64,000 bases of DNA from Malacoraja senta (lineage: Eukaryota), in assembly GCA_038087875.1 (NCBI GenBank), contig JAXLNO010000177.1, positions 62,001-126,000 of the forward strand. The letters run 5' to 3'. The translations under genes and the position numbers were made by a program. The stretch's first letter is position 1; each line of letters begins with the position of its first letter. Below the pieces are notes generated by a model that was given only the letters and a program-made list of their open reading frames with translations, searched no databases and had not been told where the DNA came from. This document shows, in pieces, positions 36,571-48,800 of the stretch.

Positions 36571-39051
36571 CGCCGCCGCCTGCAGACCCCTTTTCCCCCC
36601 CACTGTCTGCCACGTTGCCTGCCCCTCCACATATGCCCCGCTCTCCACCAGCCAGTCCTCCCTCACCTGCCCGTCTTCCCGCTACTGCTCCTGCTTCCCC
36701 TGCTCCGTCTCCGTTTTCTCTTTCTCCTCCCGGTTCCCCGGTTCTCACCCGCGCCTGCTCCTACTCAAGTTCCTCCTCCAGAGGGGGGAGATGGCGAGCT
36801 GCGTACCCGGTCCGGGCGGGTGGTCAGGCCGCCTGTCCGTTATGGTGATTTTGCTTAACTTTGCTCACCTGCTCGTAGCGTATGAGACGTGGTCGCCTTG
36901 TCACTACTGTATTGCTTTTTATTTCCAAGGGGAAGGATGTAGATGACATGTGCATGTACCTTTAACATAGCGACCTCACCACCACTGACCACTCCCCACA
37001 TCACTAGTATAATTACAACCTTCCCACCCAGTGTTCGCTCTCTCTGGTTCCGGTGACAGACCACGAACAGCTAGGGCAGTAAAGTATGTGTATCATGAAT
37101 AAACAGTAGTAAAGACACAGTGTGATATGATGCCTCTTTACACTATTGTACTTGAGTTTGACTTGATTGTATATATGTACAGTATTATCTGATCTGACTG
37201 GACAGCATTTAAAACAAATCTTTTCCCTGTAACTCGGTACATGTGGCAATGATAAAGCCGTCCCGGCACGTCCTGGTGTCAATCCCGGCAGCGGAGGCAC
37301 CTACTGGTCACAGCCTTCCTCGCCGCCCATCACGTAGATGGTGCCGTCGATGACCGCCACGCCCAGCCGGTGCTGCCGCTCGTTCATGGGGGCGCACATC
37401 GTCCATGTGTTGGTCCTGGGGTCGTACTGCTCCACCTTGTCAGTGTTCTCGGTCGATGCGTGCCAGCCGCCTGCAGAGTCAAACACCAGTCACTGCTTCA
37501 ACTGCACTTTAATGTTCATTCTGGGTGGGTTAGGCAGGTACGTATAGTTTAGTTTAGAGCTACAGCATGGAAACAGACCCTTCGGCCCATTGAGACAACA
37601 CCGACCATCCATCTCCCGTTCACACTAGTTCTATGTTATCCCACTTTCTTATCCACTCCCCACACACTAGGGGCAAGTTACAGAGGCTGATTAACCTACA
37701 AACCCACACGTCTAGAGCTGGGGGAGTGTATTCCTTGTCCATGATGAACTAGAATTCACTGGAAATTCACCGATTGCCTTAGATTCCAGTTGCTGATCTC
37801 CTTCTCCTGTTCTGGCCCTCTTGCACTTACTCAGGTTTGGTTTAGTTTAGCATGGAGATAGCGTGCTGTGGTACCTGGAGAGAGGCACTACTTCCTCTTC
37901 AACACTGTCGTGGCATAGTGGCGCAGCGGGTAGAGCTGCTGCCTCACAGCCCCAGGAACCCGGGTCCAATCCCGACTACGGGTGCTGTCTGTATAGAGTT
38001 TGTACGTTCTCCCTGTGACCGTGTGGGTTTTCTCCGGATGCTCCGGTTTCCTCCCACATTCCAAAGATGTGCAGGTTTGTAGGTTAATCGATAGAGAGAC
38101 ACACACAATTAGACTGAAGAAGTGTCCTAACCCAAACACCTCTCCATGTCCTCCAGAGATGCTGCCCAACTCACTGTTACTCCATCACTTTGTGTCTTTC
38201 TTTCTGCCAGCCAGCACCAGCAGTTCCTGGTGTGTTTATTAGCAGGCTGTAGTGTGCTGCCCAGGGCTGCACCAGCTTGCCTCCTACCCCTGCACCCTAC
38301 ACCACACCCACAGCTCATGCCTTTATCTAAAGACACCAATCTATGGGACTTCTCACCGAAGATGTAGATCTTGCCGTGCAGGATGCAGGCCACGGAGCCA
38401 GAGCAAGGGATCTGCATGGGAGCCACCTCCGACCACGAGTCACACTTGGGGTTGTAAACCTGAACCAGATTCATGCCGTCACCGTCCTCCAGAACAGCCC
38501 CCCCTGAGAGAGAGAGAGATAGACTGTTAGACCCCATGCACCCCACTCCCTCCCCCTCCCTCCCCCTCCACCAACCTCCCACCCCCTCCAACACAAACTT
38601 GTGGAGAGAGGCCGGGTCAGGCAGCCCTCACTGACCTGGGCTAGACCCTCCTCCCACTCTCCCTCCCCCCCCTGCAGAGAGAGACCATATCAGCTCTGCC
38701 CACGAGGACCCCTGCACCCTCAAACCCTCCCCCTCCCCCTCCCCTGTATCCCAGGTCACGTGGCAATAGCAGCCCAGACCTGTTCCCCGGATGCCGTGTC
38801 ATGCTGTGCCGTGCCGTGCCTGCGGGCTTTAGCTGCAATGTAGAGCAGCCCCTGGAAAGCCACCACCGCCGGGCTGGTGATGGCCATCTTCATGGAGGCC
38901 AGGAAGCACCAGGCGTCCGTGCTGGGGTTGTAGCACTCGATGGAGTCCAGCCTCGAGCTGCCCTCCCAGCCGCGAGACCACAGCAAACACAAAGCCGTCC
39001 AGCATGGCCAGGCCTGGCACAGAGAGGGGGTAGTGGGTCAGAGGCACAGTC

Positions 39052-40166
39052 AGCATGCAGCCCCATGTACACACGTGCAGGCACACACCAGCCCGAGCAC
39101 ATACACACATGTACACACAGCCCCATGTACACACGTGCAGGCACACACCAGTCCGAGCACACACACACATGTACACACAGCCCCATGTACACACATGCAG
39201 GCACACACCAGCCCGAGCACACACACACACACAAGTACACACAGCCCCATGTACACCCATGCAGGCACACACCAGCCCGGGCACACAACACATGTACACA
39301 CAGCCCCATGTACACCCGTGCAGGCACACACCAGCCCGAGCACACACACACATGTACACACAGCCCCATGTACACCCATGCAGGCACACACCAGCCCGGG
39401 CACACACACACATGTACACACATACAGGCACACACTGCCCCACACGCACACACTCCCAAACACACACATGTATACACAGCCCCATGTATACACGTGCAGG
39501 CACACACCAGCCCGAGCACACACACACATGTACACACAGCCCCATGTATACACGTGCAGGCACACACCAGCCCGAGCACACAAACACATGGGCACACAGC
39601 CCCATGTACACACGTGCAGGCACACACTGCCCCACACGTACACACTGTCCCAAACACACACATGTACACACAGCCCCATGTACACCCGTGCAGGCACACA
39701 CCAGCCCGAGCACATAGACACATGTACACACAGCCCCATGTACACATGTGCAGGCACACACGAGCCCGAGCACACACACATGTACACACAGCCCCATGTA
39801 CACATGTGCAGGCACACACCAGCCCGAGCACACACACACACATGTATACACAGCCCCATGTACACACATACAGGCACACACTGCCCCACATGTACACACT
39901 GTCCCAAACACACACATGGGCACACAGCCCCATGTACACACATACAGGCACACACCAGCCCAAGCACACACACACACGTGTGCACACAACCCCAGGTATA
40001 CATTTGTGCACACCTTGCCCAGTGCACATGCACACCAGCCCCACATGTACACACACGTGCACACCAGTCTCATGCCGTGCACACACCAGCCCCACATGTA
40101 CACACACGTGCACACCAGTCCCATGCCGTGCACACACCTGCCCCACATGTACACACACACACACAG
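39052..40166. repeat. CA-rich minisatellite, ~60-bp unit
   Basis: Unit CAGCCCCATGTACACACGTGCAGGCACACACCAGCCCGAGCACACACACACATGTACACA with variants. Confidence 0.95.
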
Positions 40167-40957
40167 CTCTGCAGACTGGGCTGCAGGAGACACCACCAAG
40201 CAAAACCATTCACTTTTCCCTGTCATGATTCAAGTTCACGATGGTGGAAAGTCAGTCATACAGCGCAGAAACAGGCCCTTCAGCCCAAATCGTCCATGCC
40301 AACCAACCTGCCCCATCTGAGCTACTTCCATATCCCTTAACCTTTCCTATCTACATATCTGTCCGTGTCTTTTCAATATTGTTCTTGCATTCTAGTCCTT
40401 GGAGAAATAGTGCAAAAGGCCAACAAGACATACATTGAAAGAATAATGGAGAGATATTGGAGAAAGACTTGGAATCAGGATTCAGTGAACAAGAGAGGCA
40501 ATGAACTGCAGACGCTGGAATCCTGAGCCAAACACAAAGTGCTGGAGGAACTCTGCAGGTCAGGCAGCAACTGTGGAGGGAATGGGCAGGCGACATTTCA
40601 GGTCTGCAGAAGGGTCCCGACTCAAAGCATTGCCTATCTATGTTCTCTAGAGATGCTGCCCAACCCGCTGAGTTACTCCAGCGCTTATGTACTGCCTTTA
40701 TGTTGATACAATTCCCAAAGGAAGGTGAAAACACAATGTCTTGAAGCCGCAATCTCCGGTAGGGAAGCACCGATTCGGGACTTACCTTCCAGAAGAGAGG
40801 GCCTGTACATCCGCAGCGGCGACTGTGGAGGTTCATGGCCCAGATCACGGGGGAACAATGGAGGAGAACTGACTGTACTTTGTGCCTTCCACCACAGTGA
40901 ATAATGCTGTGGTGGGTGTTTGTGTTACATTTTATTGTGTATTGTGTGTTCTTTTTT

Positions 40958-41280
40958 AGGGCAGAGAGAGGGGCAGAGAAATGGGCAGAGATGGGCAGAG
41001 AGATGGGCAGAGAGAGGGGCAGAGAGATGGGCAGAGAGATGGGCAGAGAGATGGGCAGAGAGATGGGCAGAGAGATGGGCAGAGAGATGGGCAGAGAGAT
41101 GGGCAGAGAGAGGGGCAGAGAGAGAGGCAGAGAGAGGGGCAGAGAGAGGGGCAGAGAGAGAGGCAGAGAGATGGGCAGAGAGGGCAGAGAGAGGGGCACA
41201 GAGAGAGGCAGAGAGAGGGCACAGAAAGAGAGGGCAGAGAGGCAGAGGGAAGAGAGAGAGAGAGAGAGGCAGAGCGAGAG
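40958..41280. repeat. Purine-rich 12-bp minisatellite
   Basis: (GGGCAGAGAGAT/G)n. Confidence 0.95.
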
Positions 41281-42249
41281 GTGAATCTGGCCAATTCATT
41301 CATATGGGTAATATCTGACCAATCCTTGTGAATGTTTCCTGCTTGTGTAGCAAGCTATATTCACAGAAGGCACCAAAATCCTTGGCATGCTGAAGAATCA
41401 AGAGGCCAGTGAAGATGAGGAAGTAAGAGGAGGATGTTAATAGTAAAAGGTATTGTATTGGTTTATGAGTCTGAAACCTGATACATCTTAAACATCTGAT
41501 AATCTATGTCCCAGTTTGAAAAATATGCAAGGGATCACTGCAGTGTGGTAGCTTTTTCCAGGTCTAAGGTCACTAAGAACCTTCACAATTGACCATAGGC
41601 TGTGCTAGTACATTGAAGACGATGGTAAATTTCATCAGAGTTGTCTGATTTTCTGAGAGATTGCTCCTGAGATACAAGAAGTGATCAACATTTTCCAAGG
41701 TCTATCTGTGAAGCTTAGTTATCAATGAACATGCTCCTTGGCCCAACTCTGACCAAGATTCCCATCTAAACTTGTCCTATTTGACCCATAACCCTCCAAA
41801 CCTTTCCTATCCATGTACCTGTCCAAGTGCCTTTTGAATGTTGTTATTGTACCTGCCTCAATTGCCTCCTCTGGCAGCTCATTCCATGAACCCATCACCC
41901 TCTGAACATAGAAGACTATTGGGCAGCTAAACTGCTTCACTGATTGATTCAGTGAATATTACCCTAGTTACTGAGTATAATTACTGCTTTGTTTGTTAAG
42001 TGGGCAAAACAAAATCTTTCACATCTCCCTGAACAGGCAATCGGGATATGATTCTGATCGCCATAATGCAGCACTCTCAGTACTGCACGACAATACTGGG
42101 AGCAAGATTCAAGATTCAAGAGAGTTTATTGTCATGTGTCCCTGATAGGACAATGAAATTCTTGCTTTGCTTCAGCACAACAGAACATAGTAGGCATTGA
42201 TTACAAAACAGATCAGTGTGTCCATATATACAATACAATACGGTTTTAT

Positions 42250-45200
42250 TCAATTCAATTCAATTCAATTCAATTCCTTTATTGTCATCTTGCAAGCAAC
42301 AGTTGTGCAGTGCAAAACGAAAATACGTTTCCCAGGGAATACCGGAGCATCGCACATGACGTTTAAAACATTTCACACATAATAATAATAATAATAATAA
42401 TGCTAAAACAATCCAGTCCCTGATGGAACAGTATGTTAAAATAGATACAAACAACGTTAAAATACAGTAAGACCAATCATAAACATGTCCGGGGTGGCTG
42501 ATTTGAGTGGCCAGTGCCAGTTATTGAAGTGGCCAGTGCCAGTTATTATAGTGTCCGTGCCAAGCCGCAGAATCAGGTGACTGTGAGTACAGAGTGGCTG
42601 TTTAGCAGCCTCACAGCATATGGCAGGAAGCTGTTTAACAGTCTTGTAGTCCGGGCTTTGATGCTGCGATATCTCTTGCCTGATGGCAGGAGATCCAGGT
42701 GTATGTGCAGGGGGTGCATTTTGTCCTTGCCAATTTTTGGAGCTTTTTTCCGACAGCGGCTCAGGAACAGTTCTTGTACCGAGAGTAGGGAGACGCAAAT
42801 GATCTTCTCTGCTCCCCTCACTACCCTCTGCAGAGCCTTCCTGTCCGAGCAGTTGCAGGTTGAATACCACGTATTTAAACAGTACGTGAGTACAGACTCC
42901 ACCGTACCCCTGTAGAAAGTCCTGAGGATGTTGGTGGGGAGTGAGGCCTGTTTTAGTTTCCTCAGGAAGTGCAGTCGCTGATGGGCCCTTTTGACGGACC
43001 CAGTGGTGCTTCTGGACCAGGTGAGGCTGTCCGTAATTTGCACCCCGAGGAACTTTATGCTCTCCACTCTCTCCACTGTGGCGCCACTGATGTTAAGGGG
43101 TGCATGCTTTGGCTGCGCCCTCCTGAAGTCGACAAGCATCTCCTTTGATTTTTCCACATTTAGTTCTAGATTATTTTTGCCACACCAGTCCACTAGTTGT
43201 TTTACTTCCTCCCTGTACATTGATTCATCATCTCCGCTGATGAGTCCCACCACTGTTGTGTCATCCGCGAATTTTATGATCATATTGTCCCTGAATCTGG
43301 CCACACAGTCATGTGTGAGCAATGTGAACAACAGCGGGCTGAGCACACAGCCTTGAGGTGAGCCGGTACTCAGCGTGATCGAGCCTGAATTGTTCTTGCC
43401 CACACGGACTGACTGCGGTCTCGCTGTCAGAAAGTCCAAGATCCAGTGACACAGGGTGGTGTTGAGGCCCAGCAGGGTTAGTTTCTCCACGTCTCTGTGG
43501 GATGATGGTGTTGAACGCAGAGCTGAAGTCAATGTACAGGATTCTGGTGTATGTGTTACTTTTTTCCAGATGCGTGAGCGCTGTGTGCAGCATGGTAGAG
43601 ATGGCGTCCTCTATAGAACGGTTGGGGCGATAGGCAAACTGGAGGGGGTCTAACGATGAGGGGAGGCTGGCAGTAATGTGGGGTTTCACCAGGCGTTCAA
43701 AACACTTCATTATAATTGGGGTCAGGGCGACAGGGCGGTAATCATTTAGGCAGGCCACAACTGGTTTCTTCGCTATTGGGATAATTGTACTCGTTTTAAG
43801 GCATGTGGGGACAATGGCTTGACTGAGGGAGATGTTATAGATGTCCGTTAGCACATATGCTAACTCCTCAGCACATTCCTTAAGCACACGTCCTGGGATG
43901 TTATCGGGTCCGACTGCTTTCTACGGGTTGACCTTAGACAGGATTCTCCGTGTGTCCATCGGGTCTATGGTCAGTACTGGCTGGTCTGTTTGTATGCAGG
44001 GACTGGCTCTCCCCTTGGGTGTGGTGTTTGCTGCATCAAAACGAGCGAAGAAGTTGTTTAGTTCATCAGGGAGAGAAGAATCTGTGTCAGTTACCTGCTG
44101 CCTTGCCTTGTACCCCGTCAGTGTTTGGATTCCCTTCCACATCCTCATGGTGTCTCCTGTGTCACAGAGGTGTACCTGGATTTTTCCCGCGTAGGCACGT
44201 TTCGCTGCCCTGATTCCTTTTTCCAGTGCAGTCCTGCTAGATCGAAGAGCGGATGTGTTACCGGTTCTGTAGGCTTCATCACGAGCCCTCAGCAGTGAGC
44301 GTACCTCTGCTGTCATCCATGGCTTTTTGTTTCCACGTGCAGTGAAGGTTTTCATGATGGTGACATCCTCGGTGCACTTGGCAATGTAGTTGGTTACAGT
44401 CTCTGCGTACTCCTCGATGTTTATGAGGTCGTCATAGGATGCCGCTGTCCTGAACACATCCCAGTCAGTGTGCAGGAAGCAATCCTGCAGTGCTGAGGCT
44501 GCTCCCTCTGGCCAGACCCTGGTGTGTTTTCTCTCCGCTCTGACTTGTTTCTGCCGAGGTCTGTAGGCTGGTGTTAAAAACACTGAAATATGGTCCGAGT
44601 GGCCCAGGTGAGGGCGTGGGGCTGCCTTGTAAGCCTCTGGGGTGTTGGTGTAAACCAAGTCCAAGATGTTCTCTCCCCTGGTCTCAAAATCCACATATTG
44701 CTTGAATTTTGGGAGCACCGTCTTAAGGCTGGTGTGATTAAAATCCCCGCCCACCACAATGAAGCTATCAGGATGTTTGGTCTGGAACTCACTGATTGCG
44801 TCATGCAGAGCTCCCAGTGATTCGTTGGCCTTAGAATTTACATTAGCACTTGGAGCAACATATACAGCCACAACGAAAACAATGGAGAATTCCCTCGGCA
44901 GATAGAAAGGCCGACATTTCACGATGAGGAATTCTATCAGCGGAGAGCAGTGTTTCCCGGCTATCGTAGCGTTCACACACCAGTCCTTGTTTATGTACAA
45001 GCACAGGCCTCCACCTCGGCTCTTACCAGAGCCAGCTGCCTCTCTGTCCGCACGGAACGATGTCATTCCCTCCAGCTGTATTGCTGTGTCTGGGATATTA
45101 CCGTGGAGCCATGATTCCGTGAAAACAAACACACAGCAGTCTCTAATGTCCCTGTATGTTGTTATGAGAAGACGCAGTTCGTCAAGTTTGTTGTCCAGGG

Positions 45201-45830
45201 AGCGGACATTAGAGAGGAGAAGCGAGGGCACTGCAGGTCGGGTGGGGTTAGAAGTTAGCCTGGCGCAGATGCCTGCTCTTTTCCCCCGTCTCCGCCTCGT
45301 GTAAGATCCTGCTCTTTTACCCCGTTTCTGCCTCCTCTCGCACCGCTTGCGTCTCCTCCTCTCTCTCCTTTCCCGCCTCCACTCTCCATTTGTATACCTT
45401 TCTGTGGCCATTGTGTTTGACTTCGCAGCCGGTAGTAGTAGTCCATAACGGCGTATTTTGTCTAAGTCGCACCAAAACACGCCCGTACTGCTGCTGTGGT
45501 TAGCCCCGATGTTTAGGAGCATGTTTCTACTTTCTGTGGCCGTTATGTTTGACTTTCAATTTGACTTTGCAGCCGTTGACTTTGCAGCCGTTGACTTTGC
45601 AGCGACTTTGAATTTGAATTTGCCGCCGTTGACTTTGCAGCCGTTGACTTTGCAGCCGTTGACTTTGCAGCCGTTGACTTTGCAGCCGACTTTGAATTTG
45701 ACTTTGCCGCCGTTGACTTTGCAGCTGTTGACTTTGCAGCCGACTTTGAATTTGAATTTGCCGCCGTTGACTTTGCAGCCGTTGACTTTGCAGCCGTTTA
45801 CTTTGCAGCCCGTAAAGTGCAAGTGAAATG
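42250..45830 (-). mobile_element. Second near full-length Rex1/Babar-clade LINE (distinct family), nested in an older LINE 3' fragment (~42105-42230 and ~45865-46035)
   Basis: RRQKRGKRAG...[47 protein letters not shown]; (AATTG)n tail at ~42250-42275. Confidence 0.93.
45547..45812. repeat. 15-bp tandem repeat at the 5' end of the Rex1 element
   Basis: (TTGACTTTGCAGCCG)n with periodic GACTTTGAATTTGAATTTGCCGCCG variants. Confidence 0.9.
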
Positions 45831-48800
45831 AATTTGTAATATAATAATCTTAAATAATAATATAATATACCATTATATAAATATATACACACATGAATAA
45901 ATATACTGATTAAGTGCAAATAACAGATAATGGGCTATTCATGTTCAGAGATTTGTCCAAACCAAGTTTAATAGCCTGATGGCTGTGGGGAAGTAGCTAT
46001 TCCTGAACCTGGTCGTTGCAGTCTTCAGGCTCCTGTACCTTCTACCTGAAGGTCGAAGTGTGTGGCCAACCGACCCTTCCTAATCAAGGGCAAGAATACT
46101 GCAACTGAATCGAGTGGACACTTAATAATGGTCACTTGTCTTTCCGTATGTTTGCACTAAAAACACAGAAAGGTTCGCCTGGACTATTGAAAGAATGAGG
46201 TAAAACTTAAAAATGGCAAGATTTTTTTGATTACGTTATAAAAGCTTCACGATTAAAGAAAAAAGTTGCATCATCCGATGGGTGTTGCCATTTTAACATT
46301 TATTGGAGAATTTGAATAATTATTTAATTGGAATCAGGTTTCAAGGGTTTAGTCAAAGGGTAATTAGTTTCATTAGCAGCTACCAGCAGAGATGCGGGCT
46401 GTAAACTCATTGTTATATTTTGCGAGAAGGTTCAGCTTTCAATAGCTAATGAGAAGTCTACTTTTTGTTGGATTTTTGTTGGAATTAAAAAATGAGTATG
46501 ATTGGGGACATTTTCCCTGATGTCCTGCCTAATTCTGGGAGAGATTACCTGTTCTTTATCTCATTGCCATTTTTGGGCATTCCTCCACAAACAGTTAATA
46601 TTTCAGAAGTATTTCATTAGCCGTAACTATTTCTGTGAAAGGGAAAGTGCCTTATAAGTAGAGTCATCGAGTCTTGCAGCGGAGAAACGGCCTCTTCAGC
46701 CCAACCTGCCCACACTGGCCAACATGCCGCATCTGCACTAGTCCCACCTGCCTGCATTTTGCCCATATCCCTCTAAACTTGTCCTATCCATGAACCTGTC
46801 TAAATGTTTCTTAAATGTTGTGATAGCACCTGCCTCAACTACCTCCTCCGGCAACTCGTTCTATTCACCCACCTCCCTTTGTGTGAAAAAGTTACACTAC
46901 AAACTATGAATATTTTTTTATTTTAGAATCTTAAACATTATAATATTGTAAAATGATGAACAGCATTGGGGTGCAGCTGGTAGAGAGCTGCTGCCTCACT
47001 GACCCAGCAAAGTGGCTTCAGTCCTGACCTCTGATACAGTCTCTGTGGAGTTTGTATATTCTCTCTAGATGACCTCAAGGGTTTTCTCCCAGTGCTCCAC
47101 ATTACCCCCTGTCTCGTAAAGATGTGGAGCTTGAAAGGTTAGTTGGTTGTGTAGAAGGAACTGTAGATGCTGGTTTAAGGCAAAGATACACCGAAAATGC
47201 TGTAGTAACTCAGTGGAGAGAAGGAATAGTGAAGCTTCGGGTCTGTAGAAGGGTCTCGACCTGAAAAGTCATCTATTCTTTTTCTCCAACGACACTGTCT
47301 GACCCGCTGAGTTACTCCAGTTTTTGTGTGTGTATCTTAGGTTAGTTGGTTGATGGGTGAATGGATGGAACTGGGGGGTTAATAGGAATGTGGGGAGAAT
47401 AAAAGCTGCGATTCGTGTGTAAATGATTGGCTGGTGATCAGTGATACTACTCCTCAGTGCCCTACTTCCTTATTGTGTGTCCCTTTAACTCTATCATTAG
47501 TTCCCATTGGGAGCAACTTTCATCGAAAAGACTGCTTTCCTTTTTAGTGGTACCATGCACTCTGTTAGCCTCAGATTTCTGACAACACTTGATCTTGCGA
47601 TTCAACTTCAAGAATAATCCAAGGTAAATATTTAATTAAGTCGAGAGGTTCAGGGAGCACTTATCAAACTGTTGGTGGAAGTGAATGACTGGTACACATG
47701 TTGGATACTTTTTATTTTACACTGGCTATAATGATTTAAGATTTTTTGTCTGAAGTCTGTTACCTCTGCCAAATGTAATTAAAGCGGGGTCTATGAACGA
47801 TAATGTTGACAGAAAGAGAAGGAAAGATTTAGTTTTAGTATCTTTGGGAAACAGTCATGACAGGGATTATTGAATTAGAAAATAAATGAACGATCAAGAA
47901 AATATCAACAAGATATTTTTTTAAGAGCTCATTATCACCGTTTATTCAACAATTGTTGGCAGATTATGTAAATTGCTGAAACTCTGTATGCGTAAGGTGT
48001 GAAGAATTTAGGTTAGTTTATTGTCGTGTGTACAGACGTACAGGGATTGTTGCGTGCTAATCAGTCAGCGGAAAGATGGTTAGTAAGTGGGGAAACAAAA
48101 CAATGAGTGTTTGTGAGGACAGGCAGCACTAAATGAATGGTTACAGAGAATATTTTAAAAGGCTAATGGAATATTGTTCTTTTATCTCAAGTCATCTAAA
48201 GCAGAGGGAAAAGTTACCATTAACAAAGCTTGGTTTGCCATTGTTCAGTGTACTGTTCAGTATGTGCTTAGCATTGTGGGGAGATTTGTATTACTTTTGG
48301 AGCGAGTGTTCCACATTTATCAGAATGATTCTACTTCTGAAGTAGTATGATGAAGGGTCTCGACCCGAAAGGTCAATCATTCCTTCTCCAGAGATGCTGC
48401 CTGACCCGCTGAGTTACTCCAGCGTTTTGTGCCTAATCTTTGATTATAAATTGTAAGCACCGGTTACATGGAGAAAACCTGTAGCCAGTAAAAAGGAACA
48501 GAAGGATTCTAGTGATCAATTGGAGGTGTTCAACATCCTTGAGGAATTGGAATGAGCTGACAAAGAAAATATTTCCTCTGGTTTCCAGAACAAGTTGTCA
48601 CATGGAACTGGGGATACCAATTGGCCATTAGATTTGGAGATTATCCAGGAGTTTACAGAATTATGTGGATTGTTATGTTTAACTAAAGTGAGAACCAGTC
48701 TTCAAGAACAAACCACTGTTAACAATTTAACTTCCACAGAAACGTAAAAGCTATTGAAACCAATAATTGGGTGTGGTACCAGGATAAACTCAAAGCGCTG

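Larger units (their letters stand above)
32955..37142 (+). mobile_element. Gypsy/Ty3 LTR retrotransposon with both LTRs (32955-33159 and 36938-37142)
   Basis: 205-bp LTRs, TSD CTATT on both sides, PBS TGGTGTCTGAA at 33160, PPT AAGGGGAAGGA at 36927-36937, domain order RT-RH-IN. Confidence 0.97.
31311..39013 (-). pseudogene. Unprocessed kelch-repeat (KLHL-like) pseudogene, last four exons: 38833-39013, 38357-38503, 37305-37470, 31311-31467
   Basis: Phase-consistent exons encode kelch blades (GWEGSSRLDSIECYNPSTDAW; GGAVLEDG...VYNPKCDSW; GGWHASTENTDKVEQYDPRTNTW; IYVMGGEEG...YQDNIEAY...W). A 4-nt insertion (TCTC, ~38974-38977) shifts the frame, and the donor at 38831-38832 reads CT instead of GT. 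Confidence 0.85.

Noticed and set aside
38801..40340. Long 330-475 aa His/Thr- or Cys/Val-rich ORFs
   Set aside because: They are artefacts of a stop-free CA-rich minisatellite that is open on both strands.
40351..41331. ORFs with SLPI/GREM/AERW repeats
   Set aside because: They are translations of a 12-bp minisatellite.
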